Below are positions 1 through 8,944 of a stretch of DNA of 64,000 nucleotides, piece after piece (positions within the stretch are counted from its first letter, which is position 1; every line of letters begins with the position of its first letter). This DNA comes from an uncultured Clostridia bacterium. Its GTDB lineage: Bacteria; Bacillota_I; Bacilli_A; RF39; UBA660. Location of the stretch: positions 95,086 to 159,085 of the forward strand of contig CAOJDX010000001.1 of the NCBI GenBank assembly GCA_948433435.1, in the 5' to 3' direction. A program made the position numbers and the translations under genes. The notes beneath the pieces are model-generated. The model was given only the letters and a program-made list of their open reading frames with translations, did no database searches and was not told the DNA's origin.

Positions 1-1657
1 GATTTGGTAAGTCCATTTGTATAATAGCTGGTATAGTAGTTGCATCTCCAACTATCAATGCTTCTCCAGCTGATAATGTGGGAAGTCCCTCAACTAATGA
101 ACTATTATTGTCCGGCAATAATCTCTTAACACAATTCTGATCGTTGAAATTTGTTAGTCTTAAAACCACAAAATTATTACATTGGGAAAAAATAGTTTCT
201 GAAACTTCAGATGGTCTTTGACTAACTACCATTAAACTTAATCCATATTTTCTTCCTTCCTTTGCAATCCTTTCAATAGACCTTTTTGCCGCATTGTACT
301 CACTCCCACCTACCTTAGGAATATAATTATGCGCTTCCTCACAAACAATCATAAATGGAATATCATTTAATTCATTATGAGCATGTTTATTTTTTGAATA
401 GTGAAAAGCAAAGTCAAATATTAAGCGTGACACTAAACTAACTGTAATACTTAATACTTCAAAAGGAATACCACTTAAATCGATAATTGATACATTGGAC
501 TTATCAATATAACCAATAAATTGTTTTAATATTTCTGGAAAATCTCCTGTTTTATATTCTGTACCATCTGATTTTTTTGGTGATGTAATAAAGTCTAATC
601 TTTTATCGCTTAGTTTTGTTTCTATTCTTGTAAGAAATCTTTCGAATTCCCCATTAAAAGGGCCATTACTTGCTTTAGTAGCACCAGCAGTAGAAGATGG
701 AATAAAATCAAATTTTTTATTCAAATATTCTTTAATATCTTCTATCAAATTCCCTTCTTTTGTCTTAGGTTTCCCATATTCGTTATCTAATTTACTTATT
801 ACCTCATTATTTAAATTATAAATAAAATTATATACCTCTCCAATCGAAAAATAAACTGGCATATCGTATGTTACTTTTTTATCTGGATTATGCTTTTCTT
901 TACTTAATATAACGGCACGTTTGAATTGTGAAATTTGATTATGAGAATTCATTTCGTTACTTTCTATAAAAAGGGACTCTAATTCTTCTGAATTCATTAA
1001 CCAATATGGAATACACATTTTTTCTACATCTAATATATTTAAATGAAAATTTTGCTCATCACCTAAAGAAAAAGCATTTTTATACTCAGAATGAATATCA
1101 AAGATTATTATATGAGAATTTTTTTGATTGTCCTTATTTTTATTGGTCGCATTACTTATACCACATACTTCCTGTATCATTTTAGCAACAGCACAAGATT
1201 TTCCGCTACCAGTTGATCCAACCACACCAATATGCTTACTAAAAAAAGCATTTCCATTAACATAGTAACTAACATCGTTATTATGTGACAATCTTCCCAT
1301 ATAATATGATGCAGTTTCTGTTGGTGAGAATATTTTATCAACTATATCAGAACTAGTAATATAAACTGGTTCTGTTGGTGAAGGAATATTTATACTTCCT
1401 TGTTTAAATATTACATTACTATCATCTTTAGTATAAGATCCAATAGGCTGAGTCTCAATATAATATTGTATATCATCTCCATCGATAGTCTTTATATTTA
1501 ATATAGTAGCTAAAATATAATTCAAATTTCCTTCTTGAATTGTAAGATATTTCCCTACTTTCAAACTTTCTTTATTATCCTCAAACGATTCTACATCATT
1601 TAATTTTATTTTTATTAATGCACCTGTGCTCTCCAACACTTTACCTATTTCTATCAT
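1..1657 (-). CDS. HerA-like ATPase (DUF87/FtsK-HerA superfamily), defense-associated. The gene runs off the window start, so the C-terminus is truncated.
   Basis: Minus-strand translation starts MIEIGKVLEST at 1657 with an AGGAGGA RBS overlapping the upstream stop. Walker A reads VVGSTGSGKS and Walker B reads FMIVCEEAHNYIP, after a HerA-like N-terminal barrel region. The reading frame is still open at position 1. Confidence 0.75.
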   Translation of the reverse strand, partial: MIEIGKVLESTGALIKIKLNDVESFEDNKESLKVGKYLTIQEGNLNYILATILNIKTIDGDDIQYYIETQPIGSYTKDDSNVIFKQGSINIPSPTEPVYITSSDIVDKIFSPTETASYYMGRLSHNNDVSYYVNGNAFFSKHIGVVGSTGSGKSCAVAKMIQEVCGISNATNKNKDNQKNSHIIIFDIHSEYKNAFSLGDEQNFHLNILDVEKMCIPYWLMNSEELESLFIESNEMNSHNQISQFKRAVILSKEKHNPDKKVTYDMPVYFSIGEVYNFIYNLNNEVISKLDNEYGKPKTKEGNLIEDIKEYLNKKFDFIPSSTAGATKASNGPFNGEFERFLTRIETKLSDKRLDFITSPKKSDGTEYKTGDFPEILKQFIGYIDKSNVSIIDLSGIPFEVLSITVSLVSRLIFDFAFHYSKNKHAHNELNDIPFMIVCEEAHNYIPKVGGSEYNAAKRSIERIAKEGRKYGLSLMVVSQRPSEVSETIFSQCNNFVVLRLTNFNDQNCVKRLLPDNNSSLVEGLPTLSAGEALIVGDATTIPAIIQMDLPN

Positions 1658-1659
1658 TA

Positions 1660-2934
1660 TTATCCTCCTAAATAAAATACATCCATTAAATCCTTTGAAC
1701 TTAATTTATTAACATTAATAGTATTAATTCCAGAATCATCATAATTTTCTATATCCACATCCCCAATAGTAATCAAGTCATCTGGTCTTCGTGGTACATT
1801 TGTTGTCAAATACGAATCAATATCATTATTCCTCATACAAATCTTTAGTTTATTTTCTGAACATCCAAACAATTTATCTATATAAAATTTTCTTCCTGCT
1901 TCACCGTTTTCAAATTCTATTTTATAGGCACTGAATAACAAACTCTGCAATTCTAAATAATTATCTTCATTATCTGTTTCTATAATGAACATAGGAAAAT
2001 AATTAAGTTTTTTCTTACTACAATACTTCTTTAAATACTCCTTAATAAAAAATGCAATTTCTGAAACACGATATCTAGATATATTTACAATTATAACTCT
2101 AAAACTATAATTGCTTTGCAATCTAACTCTTAAACTCTTTTTAATTTCTTCTTTGTATTTTTTTAAATCACATAACTTACTTAACCATTTTGTATAAAGT
2201 AATTCTTTAATTGAATATACCTCATTCTTGAATAAATTACAATCAATAGTTCTTTGTTGCTCATCATCATTAGCACTTAATTCTGCTACTTTTTGAAAAA
2301 AGTTCGGATAAATAATATTCTCTACTTCTTCTTCAGTATATCCATCATTACGAATTTTTTGTTTTATTGTTTCAACTAACAATTCCATTTTAGGTGCCGC
2401 TATCACTTGTGTTTTTTCAATAAAGCTATCTTTGCTAAATTTTAATAACGAATCGCCATTAACATTAATATAATTTGTTATTTCCACAATGTCATCATTT
2501 GTTAATTTGGATTTCTTACATAGTTTTTCGATTTCTTCGGGTAATTCAAATATTTGATGAAAATACTTTTTCACATATTCCTTGTTTTTTGTACTCAATA
2601 TGTCATTTAAAACATCAACTGTAAACTCAATATTATTTTCTTTGGTCACACCATTATAATGAATATATAACTTAAAATTAACATTTTCATATTTCATGTG
2701 TGAAATAATCATATCGAAAATGGGTTTAGCTAAAATACTTGGTGTTACATTTTGCGTCGATTCAAAATACTTACACTGAATAGCTGTTATATTATCTTCT
2801 CGAATAACATCTATATCTTCTATACAGCCTTCTAAAGTTATTTTTGTTCCTGGTGAAGCATTCAACACCTCTAAGATACTTTTATTATGCTGATAATTAA
2901 AACCTTCAATTGTCTGTGTAGCTGTTCTATCCAA
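1660..2934 (-). CDS. DUF4297-like protein, a PD-(D/E)xK nuclease-like partner of HerA
   Basis: A 424-aa ORF with a TTG start at 2934 preceded by an AGGAGGT RBS. The N-terminal motif ...EDIDVIRED...AIQCKY is consistent with a restriction-endonuclease-like fold. It is immediately upstream of, and translationally coupled to, the HerA-like ATPase, which is the known DUF4297-HerA arrangement. Confidence 0.6.
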   Translation of the reverse strand: MDRTATQTIEGFNYQHNKSILEVLNASPGTKITLEGCIEDIDVIREDNITAIQCKYFESTQNVTPSILAKPIFDMIISHMKYENVNFKLYIHYNGVTKENNIEFTVDVLNDILSTKNKEYVKKYFHQIFELPEEIEKLCKKSKLTNDDIVEITNYINVNGDSLLKFSKDSFIEKTQVIAAPKMELLVETIKQKIRNDGYTEEEVENIIYPNFFQKVAELSANDDEQQRTIDCNLFKNEVYSIKELLYTKWLSKLCDLKKYKEEIKKSLRVRLQSNYSFRVIIVNISRYRVSEIAFFIKEYLKKYCSKKKLNYFPMFIIETDNEDNYLELQSLLFSAYKIEFENGEAGRKFYIDKLFGCSENKLKICMRNNDIDSYLTTNVPRRPDDLITIGDVDIENYDDSGINTINVNKLSSKDLMDVFYLGG

Positions 2935-3065
2935 GTTAATACCTCCTATTAAGCAAAAAAATATCTTAATAATAAGATATTTTGATAACTTAATTATACT
3001 ACTTATTTAATCTTTTTCAAAATAAAAATACACTGTTAAAAAACTTATATTTTTCTATGAGGGTT

Positions 3066-3290
3066 AAATGTCGTAATCACCTCTTAAATTCCTATAATAA
3101 AATTCACTAAATTTACTATATTTTTATGATTTTTTAGTATTTTCACTGTTTTTTAGTAAAAATATGCAAGATCTAAAATCGCTCAATCCTTTTATTTATA
3201 AGGGTTTGCTAGAGGTGTTAAATAAATCGTAATCAACCAGTTTATGTTTGTCGTATTTTGTCGATTATTTTCCATCTTTATCACTTCCTT
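3066..3290 (-). repeat. Copy A of a ~225-bp diverged direct repeat, lying in the leader region upstream of the DUF4297-HerA operon
   Basis: It aligns with 5056..5280 through shared blocks aatgtcgtaatcacct, aaatatgcaagat, ttatttataa, aatcgtaatcaaccagtt, ttgtcgattatt and tcacttcctt. It contains two copies of a G(G/T)TGATTACGA motif. Confidence 0.7.
3192..3275 (-). CDS. Conserved short leader ORF inside repeat copy A (MENNRQNTTNINWLITIYLTPLANPYK)
   Basis: An AAGGAAGTGA RBS sits 6 nt upstream of the ATG. A paralogous peptide, MNNNNRQKTKINWLITI, is encoded at the same position in copy B. Confidence 0.25.
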   Translation of the reverse strand: MENNRQNTTNINWLITIYLTPLANPYK

Positions 3291-3824
3291 TTATTTTGTT
3301 TTACTATAATATTCAACTCCAGAATATGTTCCATCTTTATTTAATCTTCTATTTGCAATATAACCATCCTTATTGAACCCTGCTTTTTCCATTACTTTAG
3401 ATGATTGTTTATTTAATTCATTACAAGAACATTCTACCAAATAATAACCACTATCAAGTAAATAATCAGATACCACTTTTAATGCTTCGCTAGCATATCC
3501 ATTGCCCCAATAATCATATCTAACAACATATCCAACATTACAATAATTATGTTTTTTATTTACTGTATTTACTGAAATATTTCCAATTGTTATATTATTC
3601 TCTTTTAAAACAATTGACCATCTTTCATATTTAGATTCTTCTACTTCACTCATGCAATTTCTAATATATTCAAGTTCCTCATCTTTTGTTAAATTAGGAA
3701 ACGGGATATATGTATGCAATCTATCATCATGTAATATTTCATAAAAAGCATCAATATCACTTTCGTTATATCTTCTTAGAATTAACCTCTCTGTCTCTAT
3801 TTTAGGACTTAACATATTTCTCAC
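3291..3824 (-). CDS. GNAT family N-acetyltransferase (RimJ/RimL-like)
   Basis: 177 aa. It has the ETERLILRRY...DIDAFYEI N-terminal signature and a GNAT core (WGNGYASEAL). Confidence 0.8.
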   Translation of the reverse strand: MRNMLSPKIETERLILRRYNESDIDAFYEILHDDRLHTYIPFPNLTKDEELEYIRNCMSEVEESKYERWSIVLKENNITIGNISVNTVNKKHNYCNVGYVVRYDYWGNGYASEALKVVSDYLLDSGYYLVECSCNELNKQSSKVMEKAGFNKDGYIANRRLNKDGTYSGVEYYSKTK

Positions 3825-3834
3825 TACTCCTTTT

Positions 3835-4176
3835 TTATCTATATAAATTTTTCAATACATTAGTAAGACAATCTTCTGCAGTTTTATCTGTGTCAGAGAA
3901 TCTCATTCTAACTAATTTCCCCTTTACCTTAAATATATATGGATTTTTTACTTTAGTCAAAAAATCTAATATTCTTTCGTTACTTGATTTTCTTCTATCT
4001 ATTTTTATAAAACTTATTTCGTCTACATCATCTAGCGTTACATCTTCCAGTTCCATGCTTTTACATCTTTCTAATTTTTCTTTAATTTCTTCAATATTAT
4101 ATTTATCCATAAAATCACACTCCAAATTAATTATATATTCAAATGTAATTAATGTTAAATGTGTGAATTTACTCAT
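3835..4176 (-). CDS. hypothetical protein (the true start may be the internal MDKYNIEE)
   Basis: The ORF is 113 aa and has no recognisable motif. It overlaps the upstream Bro-N gene by 8 nt, and its stop lies 10 nt upstream of the GNAT gene. Confidence 0.4.
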   Translation of the reverse strand: MSKFTHLTLITFEYIINLECDFMDKYNIEEIKEKLERCKSMELEDVTLDDVDEISFIKIDRRKSSNERILDFLTKVKNPYIFKVKGKLVRMRFSDTDKTAEDCLTNVLKNLYR

Positions 4177-5029
4177 TAACTTTACTCTCTATTTTTTGTT
4201 GGTCATCAACATATTGATAATTCAATGCGTTGGTTTTAGAGATTGCAGATTTTTTTGTTTCCTTTTCATATAAATCTCTAGCACCTTTAGCAACTCCTCC
4301 ACCTCTTTTGGCAACTCTCAAATTTTCTTTTAAACCTTGTGGATGTTCCTCTTTTGCGATATCTCGTGTTGCAATCTCTCCTATATTTGTAAGTGCTACT
4401 TCTATATCTGTCATATTATCTCTTAAAGATTCTTTTCTAAGTCCTTTAAATTCTTTATATTCACTTGCTTTCATTCCAGACCAACCTTTATAAATTTCGT
4501 TTGTAAGCAAGGCATATTCCATTGGTTTGGTTATGCCTCTTTCTTTCCAAATATCTGTAAGTTTAAATCTATCTACAATTCCTGTTAATCTAGCCTTAAT
4601 CCATTCATCAGAATATCCTTTACTACGATAATAATTAACTGCACGATTTATAGCAATTTCAGGATCAAATACTTCATCAATTCTCTCACTACCAAGATTT
4701 GCTAGCCATAATTTAAAAGGTTCTGCCTTTGGACTTGGAACTGATTCGATAAGTCTTAGAATTCCTTTCGTATCAAGCACATCTTGATTATAAAATTTAC
4801 CATCTTTTGATTTTAATTTCAGTTGTCCGATTCTTTCGGACAACTCACTTCCCTCATTTTCTAATTTTTTCTTTAAATCGTTCCAATATTTACGTGGTCT
4901 ATCTGATTTAGTTAAAGCAACAATAACATCAACCACACTAAAAAAGTATTCTTCCTTATCACTATCCCATATACTTCTTATTTCCATATCTTCAAATATA
5001 TTTGATATCGTCTCTAACTTATTATTCAA
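4169..5029 (-). CDS. Bro-N domain protein (DinD / phage antirepressor-like)
   Basis: 286 aa with a TTG start. The N-terminal segment IRSIWDSDKEEYFFSVVDVIVALT...PRKYWNDLKKKL...KGILRLIESVPSPKAEPFKLWLA matches the Bro-N/DinD family. Confidence 0.7.
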   Translation of the reverse strand: MNNKLETISNIFEDMEIRSIWDSDKEEYFFSVVDVIVALTKSDRPRKYWNDLKKKLENEGSELSERIGQLKLKSKDGKFYNQDVLDTKGILRLIESVPSPKAEPFKLWLANLGSERIDEVFDPEIAINRAVNYYRSKGYSDEWIKARLTGIVDRFKLTDIWKERGITKPMEYALLTNEIYKGWSGMKASEYKEFKGLRKESLRDNMTDIEVALTNIGEIATRDIAKEEHPQGLKENLRVAKRGGGVAKGARDLYEKETKKSAISKTNALNYQYVDDQQKIESKVNE

Positions 5030-5055
5030 ATTAACACCTTCTTTCTTATGTTCTT

Positions 5056-5280
5056 AAATGTCGTAATCACCTTATTGATTCTTATTATAAATAACACTAA
5101 AATTACTATATTTTTAAGAATTTTTAGTGTTTTTAGCCCTTTTTTAATGAAAATATGCAAGATATAAATTAGAAAATTTCCCTTTATTTATAATAGTTTA
5201 AGAGTGTTCTTAATTAAATTGTAATCAACCAGTTGATTTTTGTTTTTTGTCGATTATTGTTATTCATTTTTTCACTTCCT
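5056..5280 (-). repeat. Copy B of the ~225-bp diverged direct repeat, in the leader upstream of the Bro-N gene
   Basis: It aligns to 3066..3290 with the same conserved blocks in the same order and orientation. Confidence 0.7.
5214..5267 (-). CDS. Short leader ORF inside repeat copy B (MNNNNRQKTKINWLITI)
   Basis: It has the same AAGGAAGTGA RBS as the copy-A peptide and shares its NNRQ...INWLITI core. Confidence 0.2.
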   Translation of the reverse strand: MNNNNRQKTKINWLITI

Positions 5281-5289
5281 TTATTTATT

Positions 5290-5460
5290 ATACAACTTTT
5301 TGATTGCATCACTTTTGAATAAGAACCATCTAGATATTTTCTTATCAAACAATTTATATTTTTCACTTACCTCATCTATATTTAAATATATCTTTCTATT
5401 ATTGTTATTTCTTAAATACCATTTCAACAAATAAGTACCTATTCCCTTTTTTATTAATTT
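5290..5460 (-). pseudogene. GNAT acetyltransferase C-terminal remnant (decayed)
   Basis: The minus-strand translation KKGIGTYLLKWYLRNNNNRKIYLNIDEVSEKYKLFDKKISRWF resembles a GNAT motif A/B region. It has no N-terminal half or start codon. It abuts repeat copy B exactly as the intact GNAT abuts copy A. Confidence 0.4.
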
Positions 5461-6094
5461 CTCCTTTATTTATAGAGCTTTAAGTATGATTGTCTTTATA
5501 TGCCTATACCTCAATTGATTGTCGTTTTTTGCCCATATCCTTTGATATTTATAATAAAGGTTTCAAGTTCTCTAACATTGTTCAAAGTTTTTTAATAATC
5601 TAAAATACTATCATATTCTGTTAATTTTACTGATAATTCCATTCACTTTTTTTACAGCAATATTAGGATATCTTGGGTGAATATAGTTTACTATAATATT
5701 TTTTAATAATTTTTCTTTCATATTTATTACATAATTTGGGTTAAATATATATTAGGGTATTTTTTTATAGATTTCAATTAAATTTTTATGATATATTTTG
5801 ACCATATTCCATAATCCAGTAAACAAGAATAAAACATATATATAAAGTATTCACATGACTTATATATTATATTAGCTGGATACTATACTAGCTATTTCTT
5901 TTTTTGACTTAAAATAATCATTTAATGTCTTAACAATTTTAACATATTGGTGATAATCTATAATTTCTTCTTCTATCGTTTTAATCAGCACTACTTTCTA
6001 TCATATATTTTTTAGTTTTTAGTTTTCTTTATTTTATTATTATTTTCTATTTTAGTTATTTCTGTAAAAGAAAATCTATATTATTCCTTTATCA

Positions 6095-6535
6095 TTAGAA
6101 TTTTTTTCTCAAAAAATTATCTATAGTCCCTGGAGGACAATCTTCAAAAGTGGCATACACTTCATATCCCATTTTTTCATAAAATTCTTTTGCCTGAAAA
6201 TCCCAAGTTTCCATCCTAATACCTATTAATTCTTTCTTTTTGGCCAATTTTTCCATCTCATTTATTAATCTTGTTCCAATATTTTTCCCTCTATACTCTT
6301 TATCAATATATAATAAGTCTAAAAAATACCAATTATATTTGATAAAACCTATTGCTCCACCAATTATCTGATTACTATCATAAACTATAAAATTATACTC
6401 TTGTTCAAAATATTCATCTTGATTTTGTGCTGATTTAGTATTTAACCATTTACAGTGCTTTCTATTAAAAGCAGATAATTTTTGGTCTATTATTTCTTTA
6501 ATTTTTTTGTCATTGTTATTTTTTATTATTATCAT
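6095..6535 (-). CDS. GNAT family N-acetyltransferase
   Basis: 146 aa. It has the motif YRGKNIGTRLINEMEKLAKKK...GYEVYATF. Confidence 0.8.
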   Translation of the reverse strand: MIIIKNNNDKKIKEIIDQKLSAFNRKHCKWLNTKSAQNQDEYFEQEYNFIVYDSNQIIGGAIGFIKYNWYFLDLLYIDKEYRGKNIGTRLINEMEKLAKKKELIGIRMETWDFQAKEFYEKMGYEVYATFEDCPPGTIDNFLRKKF

Positions 6536-6715
6536 CTAATCACATCCTAGTATTGTTTTAATCAAAATTGTAAACTCTTATTTCTATAAACCACTATATG
6601 AATTGGATTAGTTGCCAATTTATTCTAAATTGTATACTGATTGCCATATATTGTATCAGTTCATTAGAATGATTTTCTCTTTTTAATATGTTATTTCGGG
6701 TAATAATTAAAATTA

Positions 6716-7238
6716 TTAATATCTTTTACCAATTCTAGAAAAAGGTAAAATTGTATATTGAGCTCTACCTATTATATTTTTCTTTTGAATAAAACCTAGC
6801 ATTCTACTATCTACTGAATTTGTTCTGTTATCTCCTAGAACAAAGTAATGATCTTTTGGAACAGTTAAACTTCCTAAGTCTTTAATATTAAAGTCTGTCG
6901 TTTTCTTATGACTGAAATTTTCCTTTATTTTCTTTCCATTTAAATACAAAATATTATTTCGATATTCTATTTTATCTCCTGGAAGTCCAATAATTCTTTT
7001 AATAATATACTCATTTTTAGCAATAGTTTCTGATTTAGGTACATCTACTACTACAATATCAAATCTTTCTATTTCTTTAAAGTGATATATTATTTTATTC
7101 AAAATCATAATATCTTTATCATGTAGTGTACTATACATAGATGATCCATTTACCCTAATCGGAGAAATTATATAAGATTTTATTAAAATTACTATTATAA
7201 TTAATATAAGGTATTATTTCCTTTATAGTCTGTTTCAT
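6716..7238 (-). pseudogene. lepB: signal peptidase I (LepB, S26) with an apparent +1 frameshift near the 5' end
   Basis: The annotated 140-aa ORF begins at the Met of the catalytic SM motif and contains the VLGDNRTNSVDSR box. Upstream in another frame lies a TM helix plus IISPIRVNGSSM. A separate frame encodes MKQTIKEII starting at 7238, with the frames switching around 7208-7216. Confidence 0.55.
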
Positions 7239-7242
7239 TTTG

Positions 7243-7277
7243 GCACCAAAACAAAAAATAAGGGTTTGGCCCTTATT
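7243..7277 (-). terminator. hairpin and T-run between rplS and lepB (terminator or attenuator)
   Basis: The minus strand reads AAATAAGGG-CCAAA-CCCTTATTT followed by TTTGTTTT, and the hairpin overlaps the rplS stop codon. Confidence 0.45.
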
Positions 7278-7626
7278 TTTGTCCTCTTTCTTTAATTCTG
7301 TATTGACCAACTTTGTCTCTTAAGAATGTAAGTTTGGCACGTCTTACTTTACCTTTACGTACTACAGTAATACCAGCAATCTTTGGTGAATGAATTGGGA
7401 ATGTTCTTTCTACTCCAACTCCAGAAGACATTTTTCTAACTGTGAATGTTTCAGAAACACTTCCATTACGACGGGCTACTACGATACCTTCATATGCTTG
7501 GATACGTTCTTTTCCACCCTCCACAATTTTATAATCCACTTTTACTGTATCACCAACACGAAATTCTGGAATATTTGGATTAATTTGATTTTGATTAATT
7601 TTGTCAATTAAATTCATGAGATTCAT
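7273..7626 (-). CDS. rplS: 50S ribosomal protein L19
   Basis: 117 aa, with [29 protein letters not shown] matching the L19 consensus. Confidence 0.9.
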   Translation of the reverse strand: MNLMNLIDKINQNQINPNIPEFRVGDTVKVDYKIVEGGKERIQAYEGIVVARRNGSVSETFTVRKMSSGVGVERTFPIHSPKIAGITVVRKGKVRRAKLTFLRDKVGQYRIKERGQK

Positions 7627-7759
7627 CCTTTCTAATATAAAATTTTAAAGAGATCTTAAATAAACTTTAGCGGATCACTTCTTTTGACGTTTTTAATTAT
7701 AACATAAGGTAACATCATTGTAAATTGTTTTTATCTTTTTTCTAATTTTTCTTTTGCAG

Positions 7760-8203
7760 TTATCTAGTACGATTTACACTTTTTTCATTTCTGATATAAA
7801 ACAATTCTGTTTGTTTTTTTTGAGCCTCTTTTTGAAGAAACTTAAGTTCTATAGCCATTTTTTCTAATTCTTTCTTTTTTAGATATTTCCGATAGTCCTT
7901 TTTTATCATATCCTTAAATTTTTGAATTTCAGTTAAAACCTCATTCATTGTTGTTCCTGGATCTTCTTCACTTATAAAAAGATCTGTTAATTTTTTTATT
8001 AGCTTTTGATATTTTTTTAATACTATTTTTGAAACAAATGGTGAAGCAAATTTTTTATTTATGATGATAATCTTAGTAATATTATTTCCATCTATTATAA
8101 ATTTATTTGATTTAGTTGGTAAAAGGAAACCTTCTATTGTTGAATAATTTAATATTTTGGTTTCTTTCTTTTCTTTTTTTACTATATATTTCATCTTTGT
8201 CAT
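7760..8203 (-). CDS. hypothetical lysine-rich protein
   Basis: 147 aa. It overlaps the trmD stop by 4 nt and lies between trmD and rplS. Confidence 0.4.
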   Translation of the reverse strand: MTKMKYIVKKEKKETKILNYSTIEGFLLPTKSNKFIIDGNNITKIIIINKKFASPFVSKIVLKKYQKLIKKLTDLFISEEDPGTTMNEVLTEIQKFKDMIKKDYRKYLKKKELEKMAIELKFLQKEAQKKQTELFYIRNEKSVNRTR

Positions 8204-8889
8204 CTACTTTCTTTTTGAACAATATTTTCTTCTAAAAGATCTGGTCTTCTTTCTTTGGTCTTTCTGATACTTTCTTTTAACCGATATTCTTCTATTTTCT
8301 TATGATCTCCACTTATTAGTACTTCAGGAACTTCCATATTATTATATATTCTTGGTTTAGTATAAGTTGGATAATCTAAAAGATTGTTATTAAATGACTC
8401 TTTTAAATGTGATTCTTCTTCAATAACTCCTTTCAATAGTCTTGTAATAGAATCCACTACAATCATGGCGGCATATTCTCCTCCTGTTAAAATATAATCA
8501 CCTATTGAAAGTTCTAAGTCAGCGAGTGAGCGAATTCTCTCATCAAATCCTTCATAATGGCCACAAATTAAAATTAAATGCTTTTTTTGAGAGAGATCAT
8601 AGGCCATTTGCTGTTTATAAGTTTTTCCATCAGGAGTTAATAAAATTACCATACTGTTTTCTGTTTTTAAGCTATTTACACAATCAAATATTGGTTGGCA
8701 GGTAAGAACCATTCCTTCTCCGCCACCATAAGGAGTATCATCTACTTTATGATGCTTATCTTTAGAAAAGACTCTAAAGTCGTGAATATTTATTTCTACT
8801 ATTGATTTTTCTTGAGCTCTTTTTATAATTGATTCTGTGAAAACAGACTGAAACATATCAGGAAAAAGAGTTAAAATATCTATTTTCAT
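8200..8889 (-). CDS. trmD: tRNA (guanine37-N1)-methyltransferase
   Basis: It begins MKIDILTLFPDMF and contains YGGGEGMVL. Confidence 0.9.
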   Translation of the reverse strand: MKIDILTLFPDMFQSVFTESIIKRAQEKSIVEINIHDFRVFSKDKHHKVDDTPYGGGEGMVLTCQPIFDCVNSLKTENSMVILLTPDGKTYKQQMAYDLSQKKHLILICGHYEGFDERIRSLADLELSIGDYILTGGEYAAMIVVDSITRLLKGVIEEESHLKESFNNNLLDYPTYTKPRIYNNMEVPEVLISGDHKKIEEYRLKESIRKTKERRPDLLEENIVQKESR

Positions 8890-8944
8890 GATTATCCTCT
8901 TTTCTTTTTTAGTTTAAAAATGTTATAGAAAAATATGTTAATTC

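Noticed and set aside
3890-4493. Plus-strand ORFs of 127 aa and 87 aa overlapping the minus-strand hypothetical and Bro-N genes
   Set aside because: They are low-complexity Leu/Ser/Phe-rich shadow ORFs lying antisense to well-supported genes, with no RBS.
5240-5434. 64-aa plus-strand ORF
   Set aside because: It lies antisense to a GNAT remnant in decayed AT-rich DNA. Its F/L/Y-rich composition is typical of spurious AT-rich ORFs.
7390-7611. 73-aa plus-strand ORF inside rplS
   Set aside because: It is a shadow ORF antisense to the ribosomal protein L19 gene.
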